A stretch of DNA of 31,841 nt from Armatimonadia bacterium (GCA_039683575.1 JBDKRC010000246.1:1-31841); one strand, 5' to 3'; shown: positions 1 through 7,357, numbered from the stretch's first letter. A program made the numbers and translations. Notes: generated by a model not told the origin, from the sequence alone.

Positions 1-83
1 TTGAGAGAGGCATAGAGCTTCTGGTTGTCCGTGCTCAGGTCCGAGATTTCGACCTGCATCCAAACGAGCTTGGAGTTATCCAT
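1..83 (-). CDS. 5' part of a leftward hypothetical gene (MDNSKLVWMQVEISDLSTDNQKLYASL..., runs off window)
   Basis: Manual translation of minus strand from ATG at 83; open to the window edge; phage-like codons; lies about 80 nt downstream of a good minus-strand promoter; absent from ORF track. Confidence 0.6.
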   Translation of the reverse strand, partial: MDNSKLVWMQVEISDLSTDNQKLYASL

Positions 84-165
84 CTTCACAACTTTCAATC
101 AGCAGGGGCCTTGGAAGACCCGGCCCCCTTGGGGGTCATCTCGGCGTCACCGCTTCGATGAGCCC

Positions 166-194
166 AATATGGCAGGAACGTCCCAATCCGTCAA
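166..194 (-). promoter_or_regulatory. sigma70-type promoter, leftward
   Basis: Minus strand TTGACG (194-189), 17 nt spacer, CATATT (171-166). Confidence 0.7.
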
Positions 195-362
195 ATCACC
201 CTGCTTTCACAGGCATTTGCGCTACGCGCCGTCGAGCGTTGCGCGTCGATCCGCGCCGCGCCGGGCAGGGTACTCCCCCCACCACATGGCTAAAGCAATC
301 TAGACCCCACGCGTATTGTAGGCAGGCTGTTTTACTACAGACCAAAAAAGTAATCAGGGGTA

Positions 363-390
363 TTGACACCATAAATCCATGTGATATACC
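363..390 (+). promoter_or_regulatory. sigma70-type promoter for HNH gene, probably leaderless transcript
   Basis: TTGACA 363-368, 16 nt, TATACC 385-390 preceded by TG; ATG at 398 with no SD. Confidence 0.55.
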
Positions 391-397
391 CCTACCT

Positions 398-877
398 ATG
401 ACACATCCATCTCAGATAAATTTCCGCGCTCTGTTCCGGTATGATCAGGCATTGGGCGTCCTCATTCGTCTCAGCACTGGAAAACCGACCTATGTCATGT
501 GGAAGCGCAAGAAAGATAAACGGGAGCGCCCATACGGTTTTGTAGATGTCAGCGGTAAACGCTATGCGGTACACCGGGTTGTATGGGCCGTGGTGCATGG
601 CGCATGGCCAGAGGGTGATCTTGATCACATCAGCCGAGATACAAAAGACAATCGGATTGAAAACTTGCGACTGGCACCCCCGGTTGTAAACTCCCGTAAC
701 AAATCTAAAGCAAAGAACAACACCAGCGGTCACAACGGCATTGACTGGTCGCAAGGCGGATGGCGCGTCAGGGTTGGAACGGTATTTGGCGGGCGCTACG
801 GCAGTCTTGAACTGGCGCTAAAAGTCCGAAATCTACTTTACAGTGAACTTGGATATTCCGACGACCACGGCGGTTGA
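398..877 (+). CDS. HNH homing endonuclease (HNH_3-like core, AP2-like C-terminus)
   Basis: HRVVW...WPEGDLDHISRDTKDNRIENLR...N motif, then NNTSG...W tail; start reassigned from 158 to ATG 398. Confidence 0.88.
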   Translation: MTHPSQINFRALFRYDQALGVLIRLSTGKPTYVMWKRKKDKRERPYGFVDVSGKRYAVHRVVWAVVHGAWPEGDLDHISRDTKDNRIENLRLAPPVVNSRNKSKAKNNTSGHNGIDWSQGGWRVRVGTVFGGRYGSLELALKVRNLLYSELGYSDDHGG

Positions 878-903
878 CAATCACCCCCACGTAAACATAT
901 CCT
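874..903 (+). promoter_or_regulatory. sigma70-type promoter for terS, probably leaderless transcript
   Basis: TTGACA 874-879 overlapping HNH stop, 18 nt, TATCCT 898-903, ATG 910, no SD. Confidence 0.6.
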
Positions 904-909
904 CCACCC

Positions 910-1398
910 ATGGATTTGAGCCCGTTCAACTACACCAAATGGTCCGACCGCTTGGCGTTCGACATGGCCCTCCTCTTGGAAGGCAGTGGTGAGCAGATGG
1001 ACGAACTGCTCCAGCGCCACCGCATCACCACCGACGAGATCGCCGCCTTCAGCAAGGACCCGGTGTTCCTCAAGAAGGTGGAGCATTACCGCGAGGAAGT
1101 CCGTGACAAGGGCCTCACTTTCAGGATGAAAGCGCGGGCACAGGCAGAGGAACTTCTTGTCACGTCTTGGACGCTGATCCATAGCGCGGACGTGAGCGCA
1201 GCCGTGAAGGCCGATCTTATCAAGCAGACGGTCAAGTGGGGCGGGCTGGAACCCAAGAATGACGCCGAGGTCAATGCCGGTGGCGGGGTCAAGATCACCA
1301 TCAACCTCAACTCACCCACGCCCTCCCTTGAGGAAGACGATGCCTACGCGGTGATCGAACACGATGAGGCCGCCGATGACGATTACCAGCCTGCCTGA
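910..1398 (+). CDS. terS: putative terminase small subunit
   Basis: 162 aa helical protein upstream of terL, ending in a beta-strand motif (GGVKITINL) and acidic tail; positional inference. Confidence 0.55.
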   Translation: MDLSPFNYTKWSDRLAFDMALLLEGSGEQMDELLQRHRITTDEIAAFSKDPVFLKKVEHYREEVRDKGLTFRMKARAQAEELLVTSWTLIHSADVSAAVKADLIKQTVKWGGLEPKNDAEVNAGGGVKITINLNSPTPSLEEDDAYAVIEHDEAADDDYQPA

Positions 1399-1591
1399 AG
1401 CCCTTTCGAGCCTGTTCGTGGAGAACCCCGCCACAGGCCAGTACATCGTCCAGATATATTCCGCCGTGGAGACCCGCGAGGTCGAGCGCAGACTGGCGGA
1501 ACACGGGATCAGCTATCAGACGCGGATTGTCCGCTCGCGCAAGCGCGGCGTCTATTTCCTGATCACCCTGCTGGAGGATGTCTATGCCTAA
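1376..1591 (+). CDS. hypothetical protein (71 aa)
   Basis: GAGG at 1366-1369 before ATG 1376; overlaps neighbours in operon fashion. Confidence 0.6.
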   Translation: MTITSLPEALSSLFVENPATGQYIVQIYSAVETREVERRLAEHGISYQTRIVRSRKRGVYFLITLLEDVYA

Positions 1592-1778
1592 GTCGCGCAC
1601 CGCCCCGGTCTACCACGTCACCCCGCAGAACGACCTCTACAAGCACGTCATCGACCGCGATGGCACCTGCTGGTGCTGCCCGGATACCGAGATCGACGAC
1701 GAGGACGACATGATCATCACCCACCACGCCTATGACCGGCGTGAGGATTACAAGGACGGCTTGCGCAAGCCGCACTGA
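1584..1778 (+). CDS. small His/Cys-rich hypothetical protein (64 aa)
   Basis: GGAGG at 1573-1577, ATG 1584; HVTP..D..KH...CWCCP...HHAYD. Confidence 0.7.
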   Translation: MPKSRTAPVYHVTPQNDLYKHVIDRDGTCWCCPDTEIDDEDDMIITHHAYDRREDYKDGLRKPH

Positions 1779-1786
1779 CCCCACCC

Positions 1787-3178
1787 ATGGCAATCGAGAT
1801 CAACTATACCCCGCCGCCCACCGGCAAGCTGTTCATGGAATGCGATGCCAAGATGCGCGTCCTCATGGGGCCTGTGGGTTCGGGCAAGAGCGTGACATGC
1901 AGTTTCGAGATCGTGCGCCGAGCATCCATGCAGAAGCCGGATCAGACCGGCAGACGCCGCTCCCGCTGGGCGGTGGTGCGCGAGACCGCGCGCCAGCTTC
2001 AGGACACCACGATGAAGACGTTCCTCGACTGGTTCCCGCCGGGGCCGTGCGGCACGTTCATGAAGACCACCAAGACGTATTTCTTCAAGGTCGGAGACGT
2101 TGAGGCGGAAATCATGTTCCGCGCGCTGGACGATGCCGACGATGTGGCGAACCTGAATTCGCTGGAGCTTACCGGGGCGTGGTTCAACGAGTGCCGGGAT
2201 ATCGACCCGGCGATTGTCGACGCGATGTCCAAGCGCATCGGGCGCTTTCCCAGCGCCAAGGATGGGGGCCCCTCGTGGTTCGGGATGTGGGGCGACACCA
2301 ACCCGCCCACCATGGACACATGGTGGTACTACCAGATGGAGGGGCTGGACCCTACCGATGGCGTAAATCCCAACGACAATGGCTGGTCGGTGTTCAAGCA
2401 GCCGTCCGGGCGCAGCCTGTATGCCGAGAACGTCGAAAACCTGCCAGAGGGGTACTATGACACGCAAGGACGCAGCGACGAGTATGTGCGGGTATACATT
2501 GACGGCGAATATGGCCTTAGCCTCGCTGGTATGCCTGTCTACAAGTATTTCCGCCCTGACTACCATATGGCTCGGGACCATATCCGCCCTTTCATTGGCG
2601 GCATTCGACCAGTCATCGTCGGCATGGACTTGGGGCTCACGCCCGCCGCCCTGATCGGGCAGCAAGACCCGCGCGGGCGCGCCCTCGTCATGGCGGAATG
2701 CGTCAGCTACGACATGGGTATCCAGCGGTTCGTGCGGACGCTGCTGAAGCCGATGCTGTTTGAGCGGTTCTCGGGCTGCCCGGTGATGGTGGTGGTCGAC
2801 CCGGCGGGCACCGCCCGTGCCCAGACCGACGAGCGCAGCGCCGTCGACATTATCCGCGCCGAGGGGTTCAAGGTCATTCCGGCCAAGACCAACACGATCT
2901 CGGCGCGCATCAGCGCCGTCGACGATTTCCTCATGCGGCAGGTCGACGGCGACCCGGCCTTCCTCGTGGACCCGTCATGCACGCATCTGAAAGCGGCGAT
3001 GATGGGCGGCTACCGCTACAAGCCCACGGGCGACAACCTGATCGACAAGAACAAGCACAGCCACGTTGCGGAAGCCCTCCAGTACCTCATGCTGCATATC
3101 AACACGGTGGGCGGGGATGCGATGTACCAGCACCTGAAGCGCGAGGTCAGGCCGATCTCGTCGTTCGGCTGGACCTGA
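1787..3178 (+). CDS. terL: terminase large subunit
   Basis: Walker A GPVGSGKS, Walker B-like AWFNE, coupling motif DTNP, nuclease VGMDLG, C-terminal SHVAEALQY. Confidence 0.95.
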   Translation: MAIEINYTPPPTGKLFMECDAKMRVLMGPVGSGKSVTCSFEIVRRASMQKPDQTGRRRSRWAVVRETARQLQDTTMKTFLDWFPPGPCGTFMKTTKTYFFKVGDVEAEIMFRALDDADDVANLNSLELTGAWFNECRDIDPAIVDAMSKRIGRFPSAKDGGPSWFGMWGDTNPPTMDTWWYYQMEGLDPTDGVNPNDNGWSVFKQPSGRSLYAENVENLPEGYYDTQGRSDEYVRVYIDGEYGLSLAGMPVYKYFRPDYHMARDHIRPFIGGIRPVIVGMDLGLTPAALIGQQDPRGRALVMAECVSYDMGIQRFVRTLLKPMLFERFSGCPVMVVVDPAGTARAQTDERSAVDIIRAEGFKVIPAKTNTISARISAVDDFLMRQVDGDPAFLVDPSCTHLKAAMMGGYRYKPTGDNLIDKNKHSHVAEALQYLMLHINTVGGDAMYQHLKREVRPISSFGWT

Positions 3179-3187
3179 TACAACCTA

Positions 3188-3216
3188 TTGCGTCCTGCCA
3201 CGCGTCATGCCATACT
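3188..3216 (+). promoter_or_regulatory. sigma70-type promoter just after terL
   Basis: TTGCGT 3188-3193, 17 nt, CATACT 3211-3216. Confidence 0.65.
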
Positions 3217-3222
3217 AATTGT

Positions 3223-3302
3223 GTCTCTGCGGTTGATCCACCCTGCTGTGGGGGCACTCCTCCCTGTTGGAACTTCCCCGGTGGTTCGCCACCGGGGCTT
3301 TT
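3223..3302 (+). ncRNA. candidate ~80 nt small RNA with CUCCUCCC anti-SD loop (cuckoo/alpha-r14-like)
   Basis: Bounded by promoter 3188-3216 and terminator 3276-3302; GGCA-CTCCTCCC-TGTT stem-loop at 3253-3268; 5' end estimated from promoter. Confidence 0.55.
3276..3302 (+). terminator. intrinsic terminator
   Basis: CCCCGGTGG-TTCG-CCACCGGGG 9 bp stem followed by CTTTT. Confidence 0.8.
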
Positions 3303-3312
3303 AGGAGACGCC

Positions 3313-3408
3313 ATGGCCAAGAAACCCGCCTTCAAGCCGTGTTCCAAGTGCCCCAGCCCGGCGAAGTGCAAGGCCGCTGGCCGTTGCATGGCCAAGGGCA
3401 AGAAGTGA
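3313..3408 (+). CDS. 31 aa Lys-rich, four-Cys peptide (MAKKPAFKPCSKCPSPAKCKAAGRCMAKGKK)
   Basis: AGGAG SD at 3303-3307, ATG 3313, stop overlaps next GTG. Confidence 0.75.
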   Translation: MAKKPAFKPCSKCPSPAKCKAAGRCMAKGKK

Positions 3409-3560
3409 AAGCCGTCTGGGACAAACCCCGGCCCAAGAAGCTGGGCAAGTCGAAGGCGCTGACCGCAGGCCAGAAGGCCAAGGCGCGGGCCACCGCCAAG
3501 AAGGCCGGTCGGCCCTATCTCAATCTCGTTGACAATATGAACGCCGCCAAGGGCAAGTGA
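3405..3560 (+). CDS. 51 aa basic protein (MKAVWDKPRPKK...AGRPYLNLVDNMNAAKGK)
   Basis: GTGA coupling with the previous gene and TGATG coupling with the next. Confidence 0.7.
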   Translation: MKAVWDKPRPKKLGKSKALTAGQKAKARATAKKAGRPYLNLVDNMNAAKGK

Positions 3561-3883
3561 TGGCCAAGACCCCTGCATGGCAGCGCAAGGTCGGGCAGAA
3601 CCCCAAGGGCGGGCTCAACGCCAAGGGGCGCGCCAGCGCCAAGGCGCAGGGCATGAACCTCAAGGCACCGGTCAAGGGCACCCCCTCCGGGCCGCAAGAG
3701 GCACGCCGCAAGGGATCGTTTCTGAGCCGTATGGGGGGGTCTCCGGGGCCTGAGCGCGATGCCAAGGGGCAGCCGACCCGGCTGCTGCTCAGCCTTCAGG
3801 CGTGGGGAGCCTCGTCGAAAGCGGACGCCAAGGCCAAAGGCAAGGCGCTTCTGGATAGGTATCGAGGCACCAAACCCAAATAG
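3560..3883 (+). CDS. basic phage protein, DUF6321-like
   Basis: AKTPAWQRK.GQNPKGGLNAKGRAS...LKAP...RKGSFLSRM pattern recalled as DUF6321; not searched. Confidence 0.7.
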   Translation: MAKTPAWQRKVGQNPKGGLNAKGRASAKAQGMNLKAPVKGTPSGPQEARRKGSFLSRMGGSPGPERDAKGQPTRLLLSLQAWGASSKADAKAKGKALLDRYRGTKPK

Positions 3884-3892
3884 GTTTTGCTG

Positions 3893-3930
3893 TTGCATGG
3901 GTTGACGTACTGAGATATCTTTCTGTAATT
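3893..3930 (+). promoter_or_regulatory. one or two overlapping sigma70-type promoters for the accessory virion block
   Basis: TTGCAT 3893-3898, 17 nt, TATCTT 3916-3921; also TTGACG 3902-3907 with TAATT at 3926-3930; GGAGG SD 3932-3936. Confidence 0.55.
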
Positions 3931-3943
3931 CGGAGGGATACCC

Positions 3944-4291
3944 ATGCCTACTGTTACCCCCAGCATTGTCACGACGACCGGTGTCCCGTGCGTCACATGG
4001 GCCGGGATGATTACCGGCGACACCATCAACGCCTTCACGATGCGGGAGCAGTGGGGTCTGGCCGGATCGGTCCAGATCAGCGGCACCTTCGGCGGGGCCA
4101 CGGTCAAGCTCCAGCACAGCAATGACGGCACCAACTGGTTCGACGCGGTGGATATCCGGGGCACTGCCGTCTCGGCCACGACAGCGGCCATTTTCGAGGT
4201 GACGATCTCATCGGTCTATTTCCGGGCCACCGTGACCGGCGGCTCAGCCAACAGCATCAACATGATCGTGGCCCTGCGCGGACTGTACTGA
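3944..4291 (+). CDS. small beta-rich virion protein
   Basis: Strong SD; SVQISGTFGGATVKLQHSNDGTNW...YFRATVTG all-beta pattern. Confidence 0.65.
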   Translation: MPTVTPSIVTTTGVPCVTWAGMITGDTINAFTMREQWGLAGSVQISGTFGGATVKLQHSNDGTNWFDAVDIRGTAVSATTAAIFEVTISSVYFRATVTGGSANSINMIVALRGLY

Positions 4292-5799
4292 TGGGTATCC
4301 ACCTCCCGCTCCTTCGTCGCAGACTGTTTAGCGGAACGACCTTCTCCCCCGCCGCACTCTTCGCCGCCAGCGAACCCGGCGTCTGGTACGACCCCAGCGA
4401 CCTCACGACGATGTTTCAAGACGCGGCTGGCACCACGCCAGTGACCGGGGTGGAGCAGCCCGTGGGCCTGCGGCTGGATAAGTCGAAGGGGCTGGTGCTG
4501 GGGAGCGAGTTGGTCACGAATGGCGACTTTGCGTCGGCCACGGGTTGGACGGTAGGCACCAACTGGGCGATTATCGGAGGCGCTGCTACCGCAACTGCGG
4601 CGGTTTACAATACGGACAATCTTGATACGAGCGTCACGCTCACCGCTGGCCGCACCTACAAACTGACATTCTCAATATCCGGCTACTCTGCTGGTTCCCT
4701 TCGCCTTGACGTTGTTGGCACCCAGTCTGTCATCACGGGCAGCGTCACGGCAAACGGTTCTTACACGTACTACTTTGCCGCAGCGTCTGGCGGGGCTAAG
4801 ACGTTCCGGTTCACAGGCAGCACGGGGACGGCATTCACTGGCTCTATCGACAACATCTCCGTCCGCGAACTCCCCGGCAACCACGCATTCCAGACCACGG
4901 ACATCAACAGGCCCGTGCTGTCTGCCCGCGTGAATAGGTTCGTGAACACGGCAACGCTGGCCACGCAGAACGTCACGACCGTTGCCGCGAACTACACGCT
5001 GCGCTTTGAAGGCACAGGTTCCATTGCGCTATCTGGCACGGCATCGGGCACCTACAGCGCCGGAAGTCACACGGTGACTTGCACGGCGGGTACGCTCACA
5101 GCCACCGTTACTGGCACCGTCACCAACGCTGATATTCGGGTGGCGAATGATGGTGTCGGGCTTCCGGTCTATCAAGCCGTTACCAGCGGCACCGAAGGCT
5201 CCGGCTCTGGCGGCCCCGGCACGATCACGTACGACACCACGGGCTTCCCGCTGTACCTCCGCTACAACGGCACGAACTCCACGATGCAGACGGCGGCCAT
5301 CGACTTCACAAGCACGGACAAGATGAGCGTGTTCGCGGGGGTGCGGAAGCTGAGTGATGCGGCGGCAATGCACTTTGTGGAGCGTTCCGCCTCTACATTC
5401 TCCAACAACGGCGCATTTACGTTAAATAACTTTAACCCGCAGAGCGGGGCAGTAAGCAGCCTATATAGCTTTATTTCAAAAGGAACTATCTACCCCATCA
5501 CAGCGCCGAGAGCATCGGGGTACGTTGCGCCTATCACGAATGTCGTAACAGCGCTTGGCGATATACCTGCCGACAGCGCAATATTGCGCGTCAACGGTTC
5601 GCAAGTGGCAAGCGACAACGGGGACCAAGGCACCGAAAACTACGGCAACCACCCGCTCTACCTCGGCGCACGCGCTGGCTCTTCTGGTTGGTTCAATGGC
5701 CGCGACTACGGCCTCATCGTCCTCGGGCGCACCGCGACAGCCACGGAGATCGCCAGCACCGAAGCGTGGCTGAATGCAAGGACCAAAGCCTATGCCTGA
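4291..5799 (+). CDS. receptor-binding/fibre protein, LamG/ConA-like scaffold with inserted carbohydrate-binding-like domain
   Basis: GVWYDPSDLTTMFQD N-terminus, GSELVTNGDF...IDNISVRE module, C-terminal LRVNG...LYLGAR...FNG; Thr/Gly/Ala-rich. Confidence 0.7.
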   Translation: MGIHLPLLRRRLFSGTTFSPAALFAASEPGVWYDPSDLTTMFQDAAGTTPVTGVEQPVGLRLDKSKGLVLGSELVTNGDFASATGWTVGTNWAIIGGAATATAAVYNTDNLDTSVTLTAGRTYKLTFSISGYSAGSLRLDVVGTQSVITGSVTANGSYTYYFAAASGGAKTFRFTGSTGTAFTGSIDNISVRELPGNHAFQTTDINRPVLSARVNRFVNTATLATQNVTTVAANYTLRFEGTGSIALSGTASGTYSAGSHTVTCTAGTLTATVTGTVTNADIRVANDGVGLPVYQAVTSGTEGSGSGGPGTITYDTTGFPLYLRYNGTNSTMQTAAIDFTSTDKMSVFAGVRKLSDAAAMHFVERSASTFSNNGAFTLNNFNPQSGAVSSLYSFISKGTIYPITAPRASGYVAPITNVVTALGDIPADSAILRVNGSQVASDNGDQGTENYGNHPLYLGARAGSSGWFNGRDYGLIVLGRTATATEIASTEAWLNARTKAYA

Positions 5800-6127
5800 C
5801 GTCTTCAAAACAATGATCCTCGCCGCCGACACCATCGACCTCGCCCGCGAGATTTGCGCCTCGTTTGGACCGGGCGGGGCTGGAATGTTCATCACGCCGC
5901 TCTCCGCAGACGGCACAGACCCCGCGACCCACTACATCTCTTCGGGGTACATCCCCGAAGCCTTCGCGCACCTCCTCGATGACCCCGTAGCCGTCTACGA
6001 GGCCGCTACGGCGCAGGGCGTCATCTGCACGCTGGAAGAGGTCGAAGCAGTCTTGGCATCGTCTGACATCAGCACTGATGAGCCATTTGCGGCGATGGCG
6101 CGTCTTGGATTGGTGATCGTACAATGA
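5792..6127 (+). CDS. hypothetical protein, possible fibre chaperone
   Basis: AAGGA upstream of ATG 5792; acidic; coupled directly after the RBP. Confidence 0.55.
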   Translation: MPDVFKTMILAADTIDLAREICASFGPGGAGMFITPLSADGTDPATHYISSGYIPEAFAHLLDDPVAVYEAATAQGVICTLEEVEAVLASSDISTDEPFAAMARLGLVIVQ

Positions 6128-6513
6128 CAGTCGTTCTCGCCAACAACGTAGCCACGACCCTTGCGCTGGACCTTTCCGCCGGGGCGGGGAGTATGCGTGT
6201 TGCAGGTGGCACCGGATCGCGCTTCCCCGCGATTGCCGCCGGGCAGTATTACTACGCCACGCTGATCGCGCCGGACAAGCGGCTGGAGGTCGTCAAGGTC
6301 ACGGCGCGCAGCGGCGATCTGCTGACCGTCACGCGGGCGCAGGAAGGCACGCAGGCTGCCGAGTTCTTCACGGGGTCCAAGGTCGAGCTTCGCATCACGG
6401 CCCAGTCGGTCGAGGACGCCATCGAAGATGGCCTCTCTCAGGTTCGCATTCATGTCGGCACCGCGCCGCCGGAAAACCCCACACTCAACATGCTCTGGAT
6501 CGACACCCGATAG
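6124..6513 (+). CDS. stand-alone tail-fibre anchor-domain protein
   Basis: Aligns by eye with the N-terminal ~100 aa of tail fibre 20453-21718; ends HVGTAPPENPTLNMLWIDTR. Confidence 0.75.
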   Translation: MTVVLANNVATTLALDLSAGAGSMRVAGGTGSRFPAIAAGQYYYATLIAPDKRLEVVKVTARSGDLLTVTRAQEGTQAAEFFTGSKVELRITAQSVEDAIEDGLSQVRIHVGTAPPENPTLNMLWIDTR

Positions 6514-6522
6514 GAGGCCGTC

Positions 6523-6945
6523 TTGGCGACTTATGTAAAATACGACAACTTCGTTCAGGTTCTGATGAACAAGGAAGTCGACCTGTTCGGCACCACGGAT
6601 ACGGTGCGGGCTGTCATCCACACGGATGCCCCCGTTGTCGCGTCCGACACGACCACCGCCAACCTGACCCAGATCACTGGCACGGGCTACACCGCAGCGG
6701 ACATCAACAATGATGCGACCCGCACGGGCGGCACCGTCACGATGACCGGCGTCGATTATACGTGGGTGGCGGGAGCCGCCGACTGGACGACCACGGCGCG
6801 CTATGTGTCGATCTACGACGACACGGCGGCGTCTCCGACCGCCGACCCGCTGATCGCCTACTGGGATTACGGCACGACCTTCGCCGTGGGCAACGGCGAG
6901 ACCTTTACTTTAGATTGGGGAGCAAGCATTCTTAGCTTGACGTAA
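6523..6945 (+). CDS. virion structural protein (beta-rich, 140 aa)
   Basis: AGGAGG SD, TTG start; GTGYT...LIAYWDYG...GETFTLDW pattern typical of phage fibre-associated proteins. Confidence 0.7.
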   Translation: MATYVKYDNFVQVLMNKEVDLFGTTDTVRAVIHTDAPVVASDTTTANLTQITGTGYTAADINNDATRTGGTVTMTGVDYTWVAGAADWTTTARYVSIYDDTAASPTADPLIAYWDYGTTFAVGNGETFTLDWGASILSLT

Positions 6946-6949
6946 TTTT

Positions 6950-7357
6950 ATGTTGACCAACCAGCCACGTACCCTTGCATGGGAGCCGCTTGACAGCGCG
7001 CATGTTCTCGCCTGCCCGCGCGTGCCGTATCTCAGCGTGCGCGGCATCATTGAGAACGCAGGCAAGGCCAAGTGGCTGATCGGCATACAGCAGAAGGCCA
7101 AGCATGACTGCTGCCGCAAGACGGACAACCTCGACATCGAAGCGTGGTACTCCAACGCCGAGCAGCGCGACAAAGGTACGCCCGACATATACAAGTTTTA
7201 CTGTAAGGTATGCGAACAGCATCCTGATGCCGGTGGGGATCGCGGCTACTGCCATGTCCAGTTCTGCGTAGGCGGTACGCATCCCCTCGGTTTCCTGCAC
7301 GGGATCAACGCCCGGTCCGATCTGTTCGACATTCGCCCGAAATGGAGTGCTAGGTAA
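6950..7357 (+). CDS. Cys/His-rich hypothetical protein
   Basis: Fills the gap exactly, TAATG-coupled to next gene; HDCC, CKVC, CHVQFC. Confidence 0.7.
   Translation: MLTNQPRTLAWEPLDSAHVLACPRVPYLSVRGIIENAGKAKWLIGIQQKAKHDCCRKTDNLDIEAWYSNAEQRDKGTPDIYKFYCKVCEQHPDAGGDRGYCHVQFCVGGTHPLGFLHGINARSDLFDIRPKWSAR

Noticed and set aside
158-397. N-terminal 80-aa extension of the HNH ORF and ORF 25-303
   Set aside because: Cross the divergent promoter region; a promoter directly before ATG 398 explains the gene better
2176-2194. TerL Walker B reads WFNE rather than hhDE
   Set aside because: Catalytic Glu is retained and all other motifs are intact; no sign of inactivation
2977-3404. ORFs 2977-3408 and 3267-3560 as listed in the track
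   Set aside because: Only their 3' ends are credible genes (starts 3313 and 3405); the upstream parts overlap terL, the promoter and the terminator
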